A DNA stretch of 64,000 nt, taken from NCBI GenBank assembly GCA_964362535.1, contig CAYIEN010000005.1, forward strand, positions 1,320 through 65,319, written 5' to 3'. Below the pieces are notes generated by a model. The model was not told the origin of the DNA. It ran no database searches and was given only the letters and a program-made list of their open reading frames with translations. This stretch comes from an uncultured Methanosarcinales archaeon. GTDB taxonomy: Archaea > Nanobdellota > Nanobdellia > Woesearchaeales > ARS49. Made by a program: the position numbers and the translations under genes. Below, piece after piece: positions 7,907 through 16,290 of the stretch (position 1 is its first letter; each line of letters begins with the position of its first letter).

Positions 7907-8527
7907 ATGGCAGACGAACCAAAGGATGCGTTTCATCTTGATTTAGAAAAGGCACCTAAGAAAGTGATAAATGCCGCATTGAAGAAGTCGGAGAGGAATG
8001 ATTTTGATGCGCAGGTTGCGTTGGCAAAGAAATCGATTGATCCTTCTGATGTCAAGAACCAGTATGTGTGGACAGGAAGTGTTTCTCGCGTGGTGATTGG
8101 CAAAGGAGGGCAATACGCGTTATCAGTGAGAAACGCAAATCCGCAACCTACTATTTCGTATGCAACATTATTGGAAACGGATGATGCGGTGATAAAACGC
8201 ATTGTTTTTCCGTATGATATTCCGATTCGTGCGGGTGACTGGATTCGTGCATCGTTGATGCCGGTAGAGAAGGTGTACGTGCCGTTCGCGCAGGAAGGAC
8301 ACATAAAACAGGATAAGAATATGCGCGACTCGCTTGCCGGTCTTTCAAAATTTGTGTATGTTCCTCGGAAGCCCGCTGAAGAAGAATTGGCTGTGCTGAT
8401 TGAGCGTATTAATGAAAAAGGCAAAGCGCAGGAAGAATACCATACAGGTGGATTTGAATTACTAGTTACTCCGCGAACGTTTCCCCATCTGTTCAATTCG
8501 CGAGACACAGTGTACAAGAAAGATTAA
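7907..8527 (+). CDS. hypothetical protein
   Basis: 206-aa ORF with ordinary coding composition, no motif recognised. Confidence 0.45.
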   Translation: MADEPKDAFHLDLEKAPKKVINAALKKSERNDFDAQVALAKKSIDPSDVKNQYVWTGSVSRVVIGKGGQYALSVRNANPQPTISYATLLETDDAVIKRIVFPYDIPIRAGDWIRASLMPVEKVYVPFAQEGHIKQDKNMRDSLAGLSKFVYVPRKPAEEELAVLIERINEKGKAQEEYHTGGFELLVTPRTFPHLFNSRDTVYKKD

Positions 8528-8766
8528 GAAATTCCGAGCGCTTTCTTCATTGCGCCCTTATCAAAACCTACAATAATTGTTTTGTCGATTTCGACGACGG
8601 GGACGCCCATTTGGCCTGACTTTTCAATCATGTCTTGCGCTTTTTTCTCATCCGCAGCAACATCTACTTCAGTAAAATGAATGTTGTGTTGTTTGAGAAA
8701 GTCTTTTGCCTGCTTGCAATAGGGGCAGGTGGGTGTGCTGTAAACGATGACTTTGTGTTCACTCAT
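8524..8766 (-). CDS. glutaredoxin-like protein (CPYC)
   Basis: 80 aa. VIVYSTPTCPYCKQAKDFL and GVPVV motifs. Confidence 0.8.
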   Translation of the reverse strand: MSEHKVIVYSTPTCPYCKQAKDFLKQHNIHFTEVDVAADEKKAQDMIEKSGQMGVPVVEIDKTIIVGFDKGAMKKALGIS

Positions 8767-8804
8767 GATATGCCTCTTTTAATCAGTCACTCGCGTTGGA
8801 GTTT

Positions 8805-9797
8805 TTAAACATCTCGTTTTCGAAGTATCCAGATGAACCCGCCAAGAAGGGCAAGACCGAGAATGACGCCGAGCACTTGAGCAGCTGTGGATGTGAAGAA
8901 GGGTGTGTTGGTGAGCGAGTCGTTCATGGCATAGAACGCTGTCATGCTCCACGGGATGAAGCGAGTTACGGTGAGTTCGATGAAGCTTGTTCCTCGCCAC
9001 CACACCATGATGGCGCCGATGGTGATTAAGATGGCTGCGCTGATGAGGTTGAACGTGTGAATCTCGTATTTGCCAATCTTGAGTGTTTTTCCGGTCCAGC
9101 GTGCCCAGTCGAATTTGTCGGACAAAGCTGCGATGATGATGAGGGGTATGCCGACGCCGAGGGCGAAGAATGCGAGCATGATGGCGCCTTGCAGTACGCT
9201 GCCGGTTGTTGCTGCCAAAAGTAAAATGCCTCCGAGTACGGGTCCGATGCAGGGGCTCCAGCCGAATGCAAAAGCAAAGCCGAACAAGACTAATCCCCCA
9301 GGCTTCTTCGTCAGCAACTTAGGATGGAACGTTCCAAATCCTTTGTTGAAGAGCAAGAGGAATCCGAACAGGATGAATATCAAACCTGAAAAGATTGCGA
9401 AGGGTCCGCGATATTGGTTGATGAACGTACCGGCGAATGCGGCAGCAATTCCTAACAAAATAAATCCTATCATCATGCCGAGCGTGAATAGTGAAGTCAT
9501 CATCACGGCTTTTTTTCGTTCTTTGAACAGGATGGTGAAGAAGGTGGGCAACAAAACAAATCCGCAAGGACTGGTAAAGCTTATGATTCCGGCCAAGAGC
9601 GCTGCGAGGAAGGTGATGCTAGCTGCCAATTGATTACGATATTCAATAATCTTCAAAACGCCGAGGGGTAATGTTGAAGAGTTGGTGGCGGTAGCGTGGT
9701 CAAATTCGTCCTGCGGAGTCATGTGTGACACGCCATCATGGGCGAATACAACGGTGGCTAATAGCAAGAATACCAGAATCCACACGCTCGTTTTCAT
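8805..9797 (-). CDS. ccdA: CcdA/DsbD-family thiol:disulfide electron-transfer membrane protein
   Basis: Start set at MKTSVWILVFLLLATVVFA (signal-like). The longer ORF would overlap fba. Paired membrane cysteines FTSPCGFVLLP and WSPCIGPVLG, 6+ TM segments. Confidence 0.8.
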   Translation of the reverse strand: MKTSVWILVFLLLATVVFAHDGVSHMTPQDEFDHATATNSSTLPLGVLKIIEYRNQLAASITFLAALLAGIISFTSPCGFVLLPTFFTILFKERKKAVMMTSLFTLGMMIGFILLGIAAAFAGTFINQYRGPFAIFSGLIFILFGFLLLFNKGFGTFHPKLLTKKPGGLVLFGFAFAFGWSPCIGPVLGGILLLAATTGSVLQGAIMLAFFALGVGIPLIIIAALSDKFDWARWTGKTLKIGKYEIHTFNLISAAILITIGAIMVWWRGTSFIELTVTRFIPWSMTAFYAMNDSLTNTPFFTSTAAQVLGVILGLALLGGFIWILRKRDV

Positions 9798-9846
9798 ACC
9801 GTTACAAGGAGTGTAATGCTTTATAAATGTTACGGACGTAAAAAAT

Positions 9847-10764
9847 TTAAGCTTTCCCTTTGCTTCCAAACAGTTCCATTCTATGCTCGACAACCTGCTG
9901 GAGTAATGCTTTTCCTGCGGTTAAAACACGGCGAGGGTCAATATCATCAGGGTGTTCGTGCAAATACTCGCGCATGCCGGTTACAAACGCAAGTCGCAAA
10001 TCAGTATCAGTATTTATCTTGCAAATGCCGTAATGAATCGCTCGTTGAAGTTGAAGTTCAGGCACTCCTTCTGCAGTTCCTAATTTTGCGCCGAAATCGG
10101 TTGCTTTCTTGATGAGCCAATCAGGAAGCGAAGACGCGCCATGTAAAACAAGTGGTACAGAAACAACTTCTCGAATGACCTGCAAACGTCCGATGTCGAG
10201 TTTGGCTGCGCCGTTGAATTTGTACGCGCCGTGAGATGTGCCGATTGCAATCGCAAGTGAGTCGCATTTTGTTTCTTTTACGAATTGCACGGCAACCGCG
10301 GGATCGGTATAAACAATAGTGCGAGAGGAAACGTTGTCTTCCGCGCCACCGATGGTGCCGAGTTCTGCTTCGACGGAAACGCCCTTTTCTTCTGCCCATG
10401 CAACAACTTTTTGTGTGTTTGCTATATTTTCAGCGAGTGGCAAATGGCTGCCATCATACATAATTGAAGTATAGCCAATATCAATACATTTTTTGATGAG
10501 TTTCAAATCTTTGCCGTGGTCTAAGTGTAAAGCGAAGGGCATGTTTGAATTGCGAGCAGCATTGGCGATTAAGCAATGTAGTTGTTCAAGTCCGGCGTAC
10601 TGTATTGCTCCTTCAGAAGTTTGCAGTATTGCGGGCGCTTTTTGTGCTTCTGCAGCAGAAACAATTGCTTGCAAGATTTCGAGGTTGTTGACGTTAAAGG
10701 CTCCCACGGCGTAATGTCCTTTTTGTGCGAGTGCCAATAGTTTTGCGCCAGTGACGAGTGTCAT
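9847..10764 (-). CDS. fba: class II (metal-dependent) fructose/ketose-bisphosphate aldolase
   Basis: 305 aa. LHLDHG, GTSHGAYKF, LVLHGASS motifs. Confidence 0.85.
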   Translation of the reverse strand: MTLVTGAKLLALAQKGHYAVGAFNVNNLEILQAIVSAAEAQKAPAILQTSEGAIQYAGLEQLHCLIANAARNSNMPFALHLDHGKDLKLIKKCIDIGYTSIMYDGSHLPLAENIANTQKVVAWAEEKGVSVEAELGTIGGAEDNVSSRTIVYTDPAVAVQFVKETKCDSLAIAIGTSHGAYKFNGAAKLDIGRLQVIREVVSVPLVLHGASSLPDWLIKKATDFGAKLGTAEGVPELQLQRAIHYGICKINTDTDLRLAFVTGMREYLHEHPDDIDPRRVLTAGKALLQQVVEHRMELFGSKGKA

Positions 10765-11723
10765 AGTTTGGTGACCGTTACTTTTTCTCGTTTTGCGCCT
10801 GTTACAATCTGCGTGCGTGAGCGTAATCCTGTTTTGGCGCCTATGTTGCCCAATACTCCTGCTGCTTCTGCTTGTCCCATTTTCAAACTCTCAATGATAT
10901 TTTTGCCGAGCATCTGTCCAGCAACAAAACCCGACGCAAAAGCATCGCCTGCGCCAGTGCTTTCGACGACGTTAATGTGTTTTGGCTTCAGCGCAAAAAT
11001 GAATTCTCCTTCGGTGGCGAATGAACCATTTGCACCGTCAGTAATGACGGGAATATGAACAATAGCTGAAAGCGCACGGAGGAGTTCTTTGATAGTGCCA
11101 TGAGGCTTTTTGAGGAGGGCTTGTGCTTCTTGTTTGTTCAAGAGAAGAACATCCAGTCCATAAAGAACGGGTGCGAGTTTCACAACGCCTTGTTTCGCCA
11201 AATACATACTTGGATTGAACGCGATTTTTGTTCCTTGTCTACGGGCGTGAAAGCAGGTTTGCACGAGTGTGTTCCAACTTTTGCCAAGCATTGAGCAGCA
11301 ATACAGCCATTTTGTGGCGGGAAAGTGGGAATCAGTAAGTTTGTCATTGACTCCTTTGTATGTCAAAACAGTGCGGTCATGTTCTAGTCCGACAAGAATA
11401 ACCGACAGGCCAGTTCTTCCTTTGGTTGGTTTTGTGACGGGAGTGACTTTTTCTTTTTTGAGTTCTGCAAGAATTGTTTTACCATTTTCGACCGAGCCAA
11501 CAACGCCATGCCATGCTGTTTTGAAGCCCATGCGTGAGAACGCGACAGCCGTGTTTGTTCCGCCGCCACCCGTGAAGATGTGGATGTCATCCACTAAAAC
11601 TTTTGCGCCGATAGGAAGGCAAATGTCTCGTTCGGATGCGTGGGTGAGAATTTGTTTGGCTGAAGAGTGTGTTTTGACAAAAATGTCGATTGTCGCGCTG
11701 CCTACCGTAACGATGTCGTACAA
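10761..11723 (-). CDS. PfkB-family sugar(-phosphate) kinase
   Basis: 320 aa. GGGGTNTAVAF and TGAGDAFASGFVAG signatures. TTG start behind AGAGGTGA. Stop overlaps the fba start by 4 nt. Confidence 0.8.
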   Translation of the reverse strand: MYDIVTVGSATIDIFVKTHSSAKQILTHASERDICLPIGAKVLVDDIHIFTGGGGTNTAVAFSRMGFKTAWHGVVGSVENGKTILAELKKEKVTPVTKPTKGRTGLSVILVGLEHDRTVLTYKGVNDKLTDSHFPATKWLYCCSMLGKSWNTLVQTCFHARRQGTKIAFNPSMYLAKQGVVKLAPVLYGLDVLLLNKQEAQALLKKPHGTIKELLRALSAIVHIPVITDGANGSFATEGEFIFALKPKHINVVESTGAGDAFASGFVAGQMLGKNIIESLKMGQAEAAGVLGNIGAKTGLRSRTQIVTGAKREKVTVTKL

Positions 11724-11757
11724 GGGTCACCTCTCTTGGTAAAATGTGGGTGAGAAT

Positions 11758-11771
11758 GGTATTTAAAGGTT
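11758..11771 (-). promoter_or_regulatory. BRE/TATA element upstream of the pfkB-fba pair
   Basis: Minus strand AACCTTTAAATACC. Confidence 0.5.
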
Positions 11772-11785
11772 CTGAAGAGGCCGAC

Positions 11786-11959
11786 TTACTTCGCGAAGTG
11801 TCTGAAGAGGGAAATGATGAAGAATATGATAAAGATGATGAGCAATACTTTGGCAATCCATGCTGCGGTTCCTGCAATGCCGCCGAAGCCGAGGACTGCT
11901 GCGAAGATAGCCACTATGAGGAAGATGAATGCCCATCCGAGTTGTCCGCGCGTGTTCAC
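11786..11959 (-). CDS. UPF0391/DUF1328 small membrane protein (absent from ORF track, 57 aa, GTG start)
   Basis: Own translation: [57 protein letters not shown]. The LGFGGIAG core is the DUF1328 hallmark. In-frame TAA three codons upstream. TTTATATA box ends 23 nt upstream of the GTG. Confidence 0.7.
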   Translation of the reverse strand: MNTRGQLGWAFIFLIVAIFAAVLGFGGIAGTAAWIAKVLLIIFIIFFIISLFRHFAK

Positions 11960-12028
11960 AAAAGGAAGTTAGTTGACTGCATATATAAATTCTGAGTATA
12001 TAGTAAAATAAAAAAGAAAACAAAGAAA

Positions 12029-12436
12029 TTACGAAGTAGCTGCTTTCGCTTTCACATCAGGTCGTTCTTCGTAGGGCAAGACAGTGATGTTGCCTTCCAT
12101 GTCTTGCTGGTACTGGTCTCGGTATTTGTAAAAGCCGGTTTCGGTGAAGATGTAACTCCATGATTTGCCTGGCTGGATGACGGTCGAGGGTTCCATTCCC
12201 CAGAGCCAGATGCTTTTGACGAAGGGCATGTTGTTTATCCACTTGATGCGGTCGCCTTGGTAGACCGTGATTGCTTTCGGCGTGAATGTATAACCTTTGA
12301 TTTCGATTTCTTGGTATCCTGGGTTGATGAAATCGGTGGTGCTGTTTGTGGGCTGCGTGTCGATGACGTCGGGTTTCGGCGTGCAGGCTGTCAGTAACAA
12401 TAACAGCAATAAACTAAACGAAAGTATTTGTTTCAT
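12029..12436 (-). CDS. lipobox lipoprotein with cupredoxin-like domain lacking metal ligands
   Basis: Start at MKQILSFSLLLLLLLTAC (lipobox LTAC). FTPKAITVYQGDRIKWINN... beta-sandwich pattern, no Cys/His ligand set. Confidence 0.5.
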   Translation of the reverse strand: MKQILSFSLLLLLLLTACTPKPDVIDTQPTNSTTDFINPGYQEIEIKGYTFTPKAITVYQGDRIKWINNMPFVKSIWLWGMEPSTVIQPGKSWSYIFTETGFYKYRDQYQQDMEGNITVLPYEERPDVKAKAATS

Positions 12437-13013
12437 GGTGTACCTCGGGATGTTCATGTTTTCTGACAAACCATGCGCTGATGAAGAGCAGGATGCCGAT
12501 GATGAGTGTGATGCCAAACCATAATGCGATGCTGTTGAAGACGCTGGTGATGGCGGGTGTGACAAATGCGCTTGCTCCGGAAGGAACGAACGCGAGTACG
12601 GTTGTTTTTGCGAATGCTACAATAACGAAGAGTCCGGCGATGGTGAATGCGATGGCTGCGTGCAATAGTCGCGAGGCCCAGCAGGTGGGGACGAGCATGA
12701 GCACAACCAAGAGTGCGAGCACGGCGAGCAAGAGCTGTATCGCGAGGACGGATAGGTAGTTGTGTCCTGCTTTGCTCAACAATACTGCTCCGATGCCTTC
12801 GTCGGGTTGGTTGCTGAAGCAGCCGATGATACCGCATTCGTATGTTTTGGGATACCACTTATCAAATGCAGTGGGATCGTTGGCATTTACTAATGGTCGA
12901 AGTGTTGCTTCGCTCGTGACACCGACCATCACGTAAGTAAAGATAGTTGTAATTAACCCAACGCACAATAAGATGGTGCTCAGGATTGTGATTGTTGTTC
13001 TCCACCAGACCAT
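12414..13013 (-). CDS. hypothetical polytopic membrane protein
   Basis: 199 aa, about 5 hydrophobic segments. TATA 23 nt upstream of the ATG. Confidence 0.5.
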   Translation of the reverse strand: MVWWRTTITILSTILLCVGLITTIFTYVMVGVTSEATLRPLVNANDPTAFDKWYPKTYECGIIGCFSNQPDEGIGAVLLSKAGHNYLSVLAIQLLLAVLALLVVLMLVPTCWASRLLHAAIAFTIAGLFVIVAFAKTTVLAFVPSGASAFVTPAITSVFNSIALWFGITLIIGILLFISAWFVRKHEHPEVHHETNTFV

Positions 13014-13061
13014 ATATAGAAAGCTAAATTTTCAGTTTATAAAGATTGTGAAACGGGAAGG

Positions 13062-13829
13062 TTATTGCCTTACCTGATTTTTACGGATTTTGAGCCAGAG
13101 AACAATACCAACCCCGACCATCGCCACGCTCAACCACTGCCCAATCGTCAAAAAGCCCCACATGACTTCGGGTTCTTTGAAGTATTCGACGACGAAACGG
13201 CAGGCGCCGTACATGATGAAGAATAACGCGAAGAGTGTGCCGTGGGGCAATTTCTTTTTGCTTAAAAAGAGTAATACTGCAAAAATAACTAAGTTGTAGA
13301 ATATTTCATACAATTGCACGGGGTGTCGGGGGACTTCATCTACTGCGGTGTAAATCATTGCCCATGCGCCGTTAAACGCGCGGCCAACTAATTCTTGATT
13401 AAACAAATTACCAAGTCTACCGAATGCTTGAGCCAATGCGCCAGGCACAATCAAAACGTCAGTGAATTGCCAGAATGATAAATGGTGTTTGCGGCTGAAA
13501 TACCAGACGGAAAGGATGCAGCCGATGAATCCGCCGTGGAAACTTAACCCGCCTTTCCAGACGGCAAGAATGTCCAAAGGATTTGCAAAATAGTAGGATG
13601 GCTGGTAAAACAGCACTTCAAAAAGTCGCGCGCCAACAACCATGGAGACGACAATCCAGAAGTATGCGTTGTCGAAGTCTTTCAAAGTCATAGAAAATCG
13701 TCCGTGCTTAATCAGGTGTGTGCCGTAATAGTATGCGGCAAACACGCCAAGTGCATAAAGCAGTCCGTACCAGTAAATCGTAACAAAGCCAAATGAAAAC
13801 AGGACGGGGTTAAGCGTGTTGACGAGCAT
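13062..13829 (-). CDS. lgt: prolipoprotein diacylglyceryl transferase (bacterial-type Lgt)
   Basis: Start at MLVNTLNPVLF. Matches to the E. coli Lgt signature blocks: WKGGLSFHGGFIG, GRLGNLFNQELVGR, RHPVQLYE. Confidence 0.88.
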   Translation of the reverse strand: MLVNTLNPVLFSFGFVTIYWYGLLYALGVFAAYYYGTHLIKHGRFSMTLKDFDNAYFWIVVSMVVGARLFEVLFYQPSYYFANPLDILAVWKGGLSFHGGFIGCILSVWYFSRKHHLSFWQFTDVLIVPGALAQAFGRLGNLFNQELVGRAFNGAWAMIYTAVDEVPRHPVQLYEIFYNLVIFAVLLFLSKKKLPHGTLFALFFIMYGACRFVVEYFKEPEVMWGFLTIGQWLSVAMVGVGIVLWLKIRKNQVRQ

Positions 13830-14616
13830 GTAGTGCCTCCATGACGCGGGCGATGTAAACGCGAATAACGAACAGTCCGGGGAAGACGAGGAGTATTCCG
13901 AGGATGCTTCCCGCAATGCTGTTTTGGACGAACGTCCACATGATAAGTGCGTTCACGACCAAAACCGTTCCGACAAGGAGTGCGGCTGCAGGAATGAGCG
14001 TGTCAAGTTTTCGCGTGCCTAGAACAAAGGCCATTTTGCTGGCGTGTTTCCAGGAGTCTTTGATGATGGCTGTTGCGAGGATGAAAAAGTAAACGATGAT
14101 TGCGATAATGATGATGAATATGGTGTGTGGAACAGTCGAAGCGGCTTGTTCAGTGACTTGTTGTACGAGTATTGCGCGCAAATCAATGACGGTAACAACC
14201 AAATTCAGAATGCTGATAGGTACAAACCATGCGGCACAAAGTTTTGCGAACTGCCCGAGAGGAGTGCCTGCGGCGAGTTTCCACGCAAAGCCTTGAAAGA
14301 CGGAGTAGAGGGCGTAGACGATGAGTAACAGAATGACAATCCAGAACAGAATCATGAGCGTAAATGGTAAAGCTGTTTTGTCGAAGAACAACTGCATCAG
14401 GCTGGGAGTTGTATAAGTGGCAGCGGCTGCAGACAAAAGCGTACTAAATGTTTGCGTTAAGTTTCCAGCGGCGATGAAGAGTTGTTCGCGGGGAAACTGC
14501 GTAATAAAACCGTACAAGAAAAGAAAGGCAATGTCAACGACGCAAGATAATAAGACGTGCAGTGGGCGTGTCCAGAGCGCGGTGAGTGCGTGTTTTGCGG
14601 CTGTTAACGCAATCAT
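13810..14616 (-). CDS. hypothetical polytopic membrane protein
   Basis: 268 aa, 6+ hydrophobic segments. Overlaps neighbouring genes at both ends, operon-like. Confidence 0.5.
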   Translation of the reverse strand: MIALTAAKHALTALWTRPLHVLLSCVVDIAFLFLYGFITQFPREQLFIAAGNLTQTFSTLLSAAAATYTTPSLMQLFFDKTALPFTLMILFWIVILLLIVYALYSVFQGFAWKLAAGTPLGQFAKLCAAWFVPISILNLVVTVIDLRAILVQQVTEQAASTVPHTIFIIIIAIIVYFFILATAIIKDSWKHASKMAFVLGTRKLDTLIPAAALLVGTVLVVNALIMWTFVQNSIAGSILGILLVFPGLFVIRVYIARVMEALHARQHA

Positions 14617-15122
14617 GTCTTTCCGCCGACAATCAGGGTGCCGTCGTTAGTGCTGGAGGTGTCGTCGTATTTGAATTCGCCTTTGATGGTACCATAAAAC
14701 TCAACAAGAACGGTTTCGTCGGGCGCGATTGTTTTTGCAATGTCATATTCTTTGACGTTGAACGTGTGGCTTTTGGTGTCGTCGTTCGAAATTGTCAATT
14801 TGACACGGTCTCCGTGGCCTACGGTGAGAATTTTCGGATCAAATCCAGATGCGGTGATGGTGATGGGGATTTGCAATGTTTTTCCAGAGCGATAGTTTTC
14901 CGCGTCCTGCTGCGGAATGTTGCTTAATCCGGAAGAAGGCGACGCGCCGAGCTGGTCTTGGACCGGCGCGACAGGGATGTCTGAGACTTTTTCTTGTTCC
15001 TGTGAGGAGTAGGTAGAGTCTGTTGATTGTGTTGTATCTTTTGTTTCGATTGTTGAAGGTGCGGTTGTGCATGCTGCGAGCAAGAGTGCTAAGCAGAGTA
15101 AAAGAGAGATTGTTTGTTTCAT
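14613..15122 (-). CDS. lipobox lipoprotein with cupredoxin-like domain (no Cys ligand)
   Basis: MKQTISLLLCLALLLAAC (lipobox LAAC), S/T/Q-rich linker, then ITITASGFDPKILTVGHGDRVKLTISNDDTKSHTFNV cupredoxin-like pattern. Confidence 0.55.
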   Translation of the reverse strand: MKQTISLLLCLALLLAACTTAPSTIETKDTTQSTDSTYSSQEQEKVSDIPVAPVQDQLGASPSSGLSNIPQQDAENYRSGKTLQIPITITASGFDPKILTVGHGDRVKLTISNDDTKSHTFNVKEYDIAKTIAPDETVLVEFYGTIKGEFKYDDTSSTNDGTLIVGGKT

Positions 15123-15499
15123 TGTGTTGCCTCCGTGACTTCTATTGCGCCGAGCATGTCTCGGTGTCCTGTTCCGCAGGGTACGCTGCAGCGGTATTCG
15201 AATATGCCTGCTTTGTCCGCGACAAAGGTCATGTCTGTTGTTTTGCCTGCTGGAATGATGGCTGATGCGCGAAATGCGGGTATAGAAATGCCGTGTTCAA
15301 CGTCAGAGCTGGTTAAATGAATCTTGACCGTATCTCCTTTGTTGACCGTGATGAGTGCGGGTTCGAATGCGTATTGTTTCACTACCATGTCAAATTCTTT
15401 GGTTTCACCGGTTGTCGAGACGGGCTGCGATGCTGAAGTGCAACCCACTAGTAATAAGCACAGGATGAAAAGAAACACTGCATTCATACCGCCCCTCAT
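15119..15499 (-). CDS. lipobox lipoprotein, CuA-type (COX2-like) cupredoxin
   Basis: Lipobox LLVGC. DVEHGISIP then exactly 34 residues to CSVPCGTGHRDM, i.e. the H-x34-C-x3-C-x3-H-x2-M CuA ligand pattern. Alternative start at 15487. Confidence 0.7.
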   Translation of the reverse strand: MRGGMNAVFLFILCLLLVGCTSASQPVSTTGETKEFDMVVKQYAFEPALITVNKGDTVKIHLTSSDVEHGISIPAFRASAIIPAGKTTDMTFVADKAGIFEYRCSVPCGTGHRDMLGAIEVTEATQ

Positions 15500-15542
15500 A
15501 CATTGGTTGTAACGGTTTGGGTTTAAAAGCGTTGTGGAGTGT

Positions 15543-15917
15543 CTATATTGCTATTTCAACGTTCAACTTGTCAAAAGCAACGATTGGTTTTACTTTTGTG
15601 CGTTCGTCTTTGCTTGTTTCTAATGTGATGATTCCGAGGCTTGCGAGTATGGTTATGTCGGTGTTGACGCTTTTGAGGTCGCGATGCACGAGATGAGCGA
15701 GTTCGTAAATAGAATCAGGTTCTTTTTCTTTGATGACGCGCAGTAATGCGATTCTTTTTTCGGTGAGTATTTTTCGTAGTGTTGCCATCGTTGCAAAAGA
15801 AAGCTCGTAATGAGGGGTTATCTTTTTGCCGTTCTTGAGATCCATGTATGCTTGCGCAAATTCATTAAGCACTGTTTTTGTTTCTTTTACAGTTATCTTG
15901 ATATTTTTTGTTCTCAT
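15543..15917 (-). CDS. HTH DNA-binding protein, putative antitoxin (TumA / HVO_A0114-like)
   Basis: 124 aa. Central wHTH-like segment (IYELAHLVHRDLKSVNTDITILASLGII). 4-nt overlap with the upstream TumE-like gene. Confidence 0.5.
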   Translation of the reverse strand: MRTKNIKITVKETKTVLNEFAQAYMDLKNGKKITPHYELSFATMATLRKILTEKRIALLRVIKEKEPDSIYELAHLVHRDLKSVNTDITILASLGIITLETSKDERTKVKPIVAFDKLNVEIAI

Positions 15918-16210
15918 AGCTCACCTTTTCTGAGTTTTTCAACGTCGTCCATAAAATCGCTGATGACTGCCCACATATCTTTATAGGGATAAGGCATTAT
16001 TTTATTTCGTAGATGCTTATGGTGGTTGCTTTTGCCGGTTCCGTGATGCTCGTTATCATATCCAATGATTCTCTTTCCTTCCGAAACATAAACGAGGGAA
16101 TATACTTCACCTTCAGGATACGCTGGCGTAATGGGCACTGCCCAAATGTTCATTTCAATAATATCCCCGTTTGGTTCCACCTGTTTCAAATAAAACAGTT
16201 CTTCGCTCAC
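15914..16210 (-). CDS. TumE-like (DUF6516) putative toxin
   Basis: 98 aa. IIGYDNEHHGTGKSNHHKH block matches my recollection of the DUF6516/TumE family. Confidence 0.5.
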   Translation of the reverse strand: MSEELFYLKQVEPNGDIIEMNIWAVPITPAYPEGEVYSLVYVSEGKRIIGYDNEHHGTGKSNHHKHLRNKIMPYPYKDMWAVISDFMDDVEKLRKGEL

Positions 16211-16290
16211 TAACTAAGGTACGGGATACCCCATATATAAATGTTTGTAGCGATGGCAACTATTAAAAAGTCTGACGGAGGTGTTGCGGT

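Noticed and set aside
11744-11995. 83-aa acidic/Cys-rich plus-strand ORF.
   Set aside because: The opposite strand encodes a textbook DUF1328 peptide with correct promoter spacing. The plus-strand ORF is its complement shadow.
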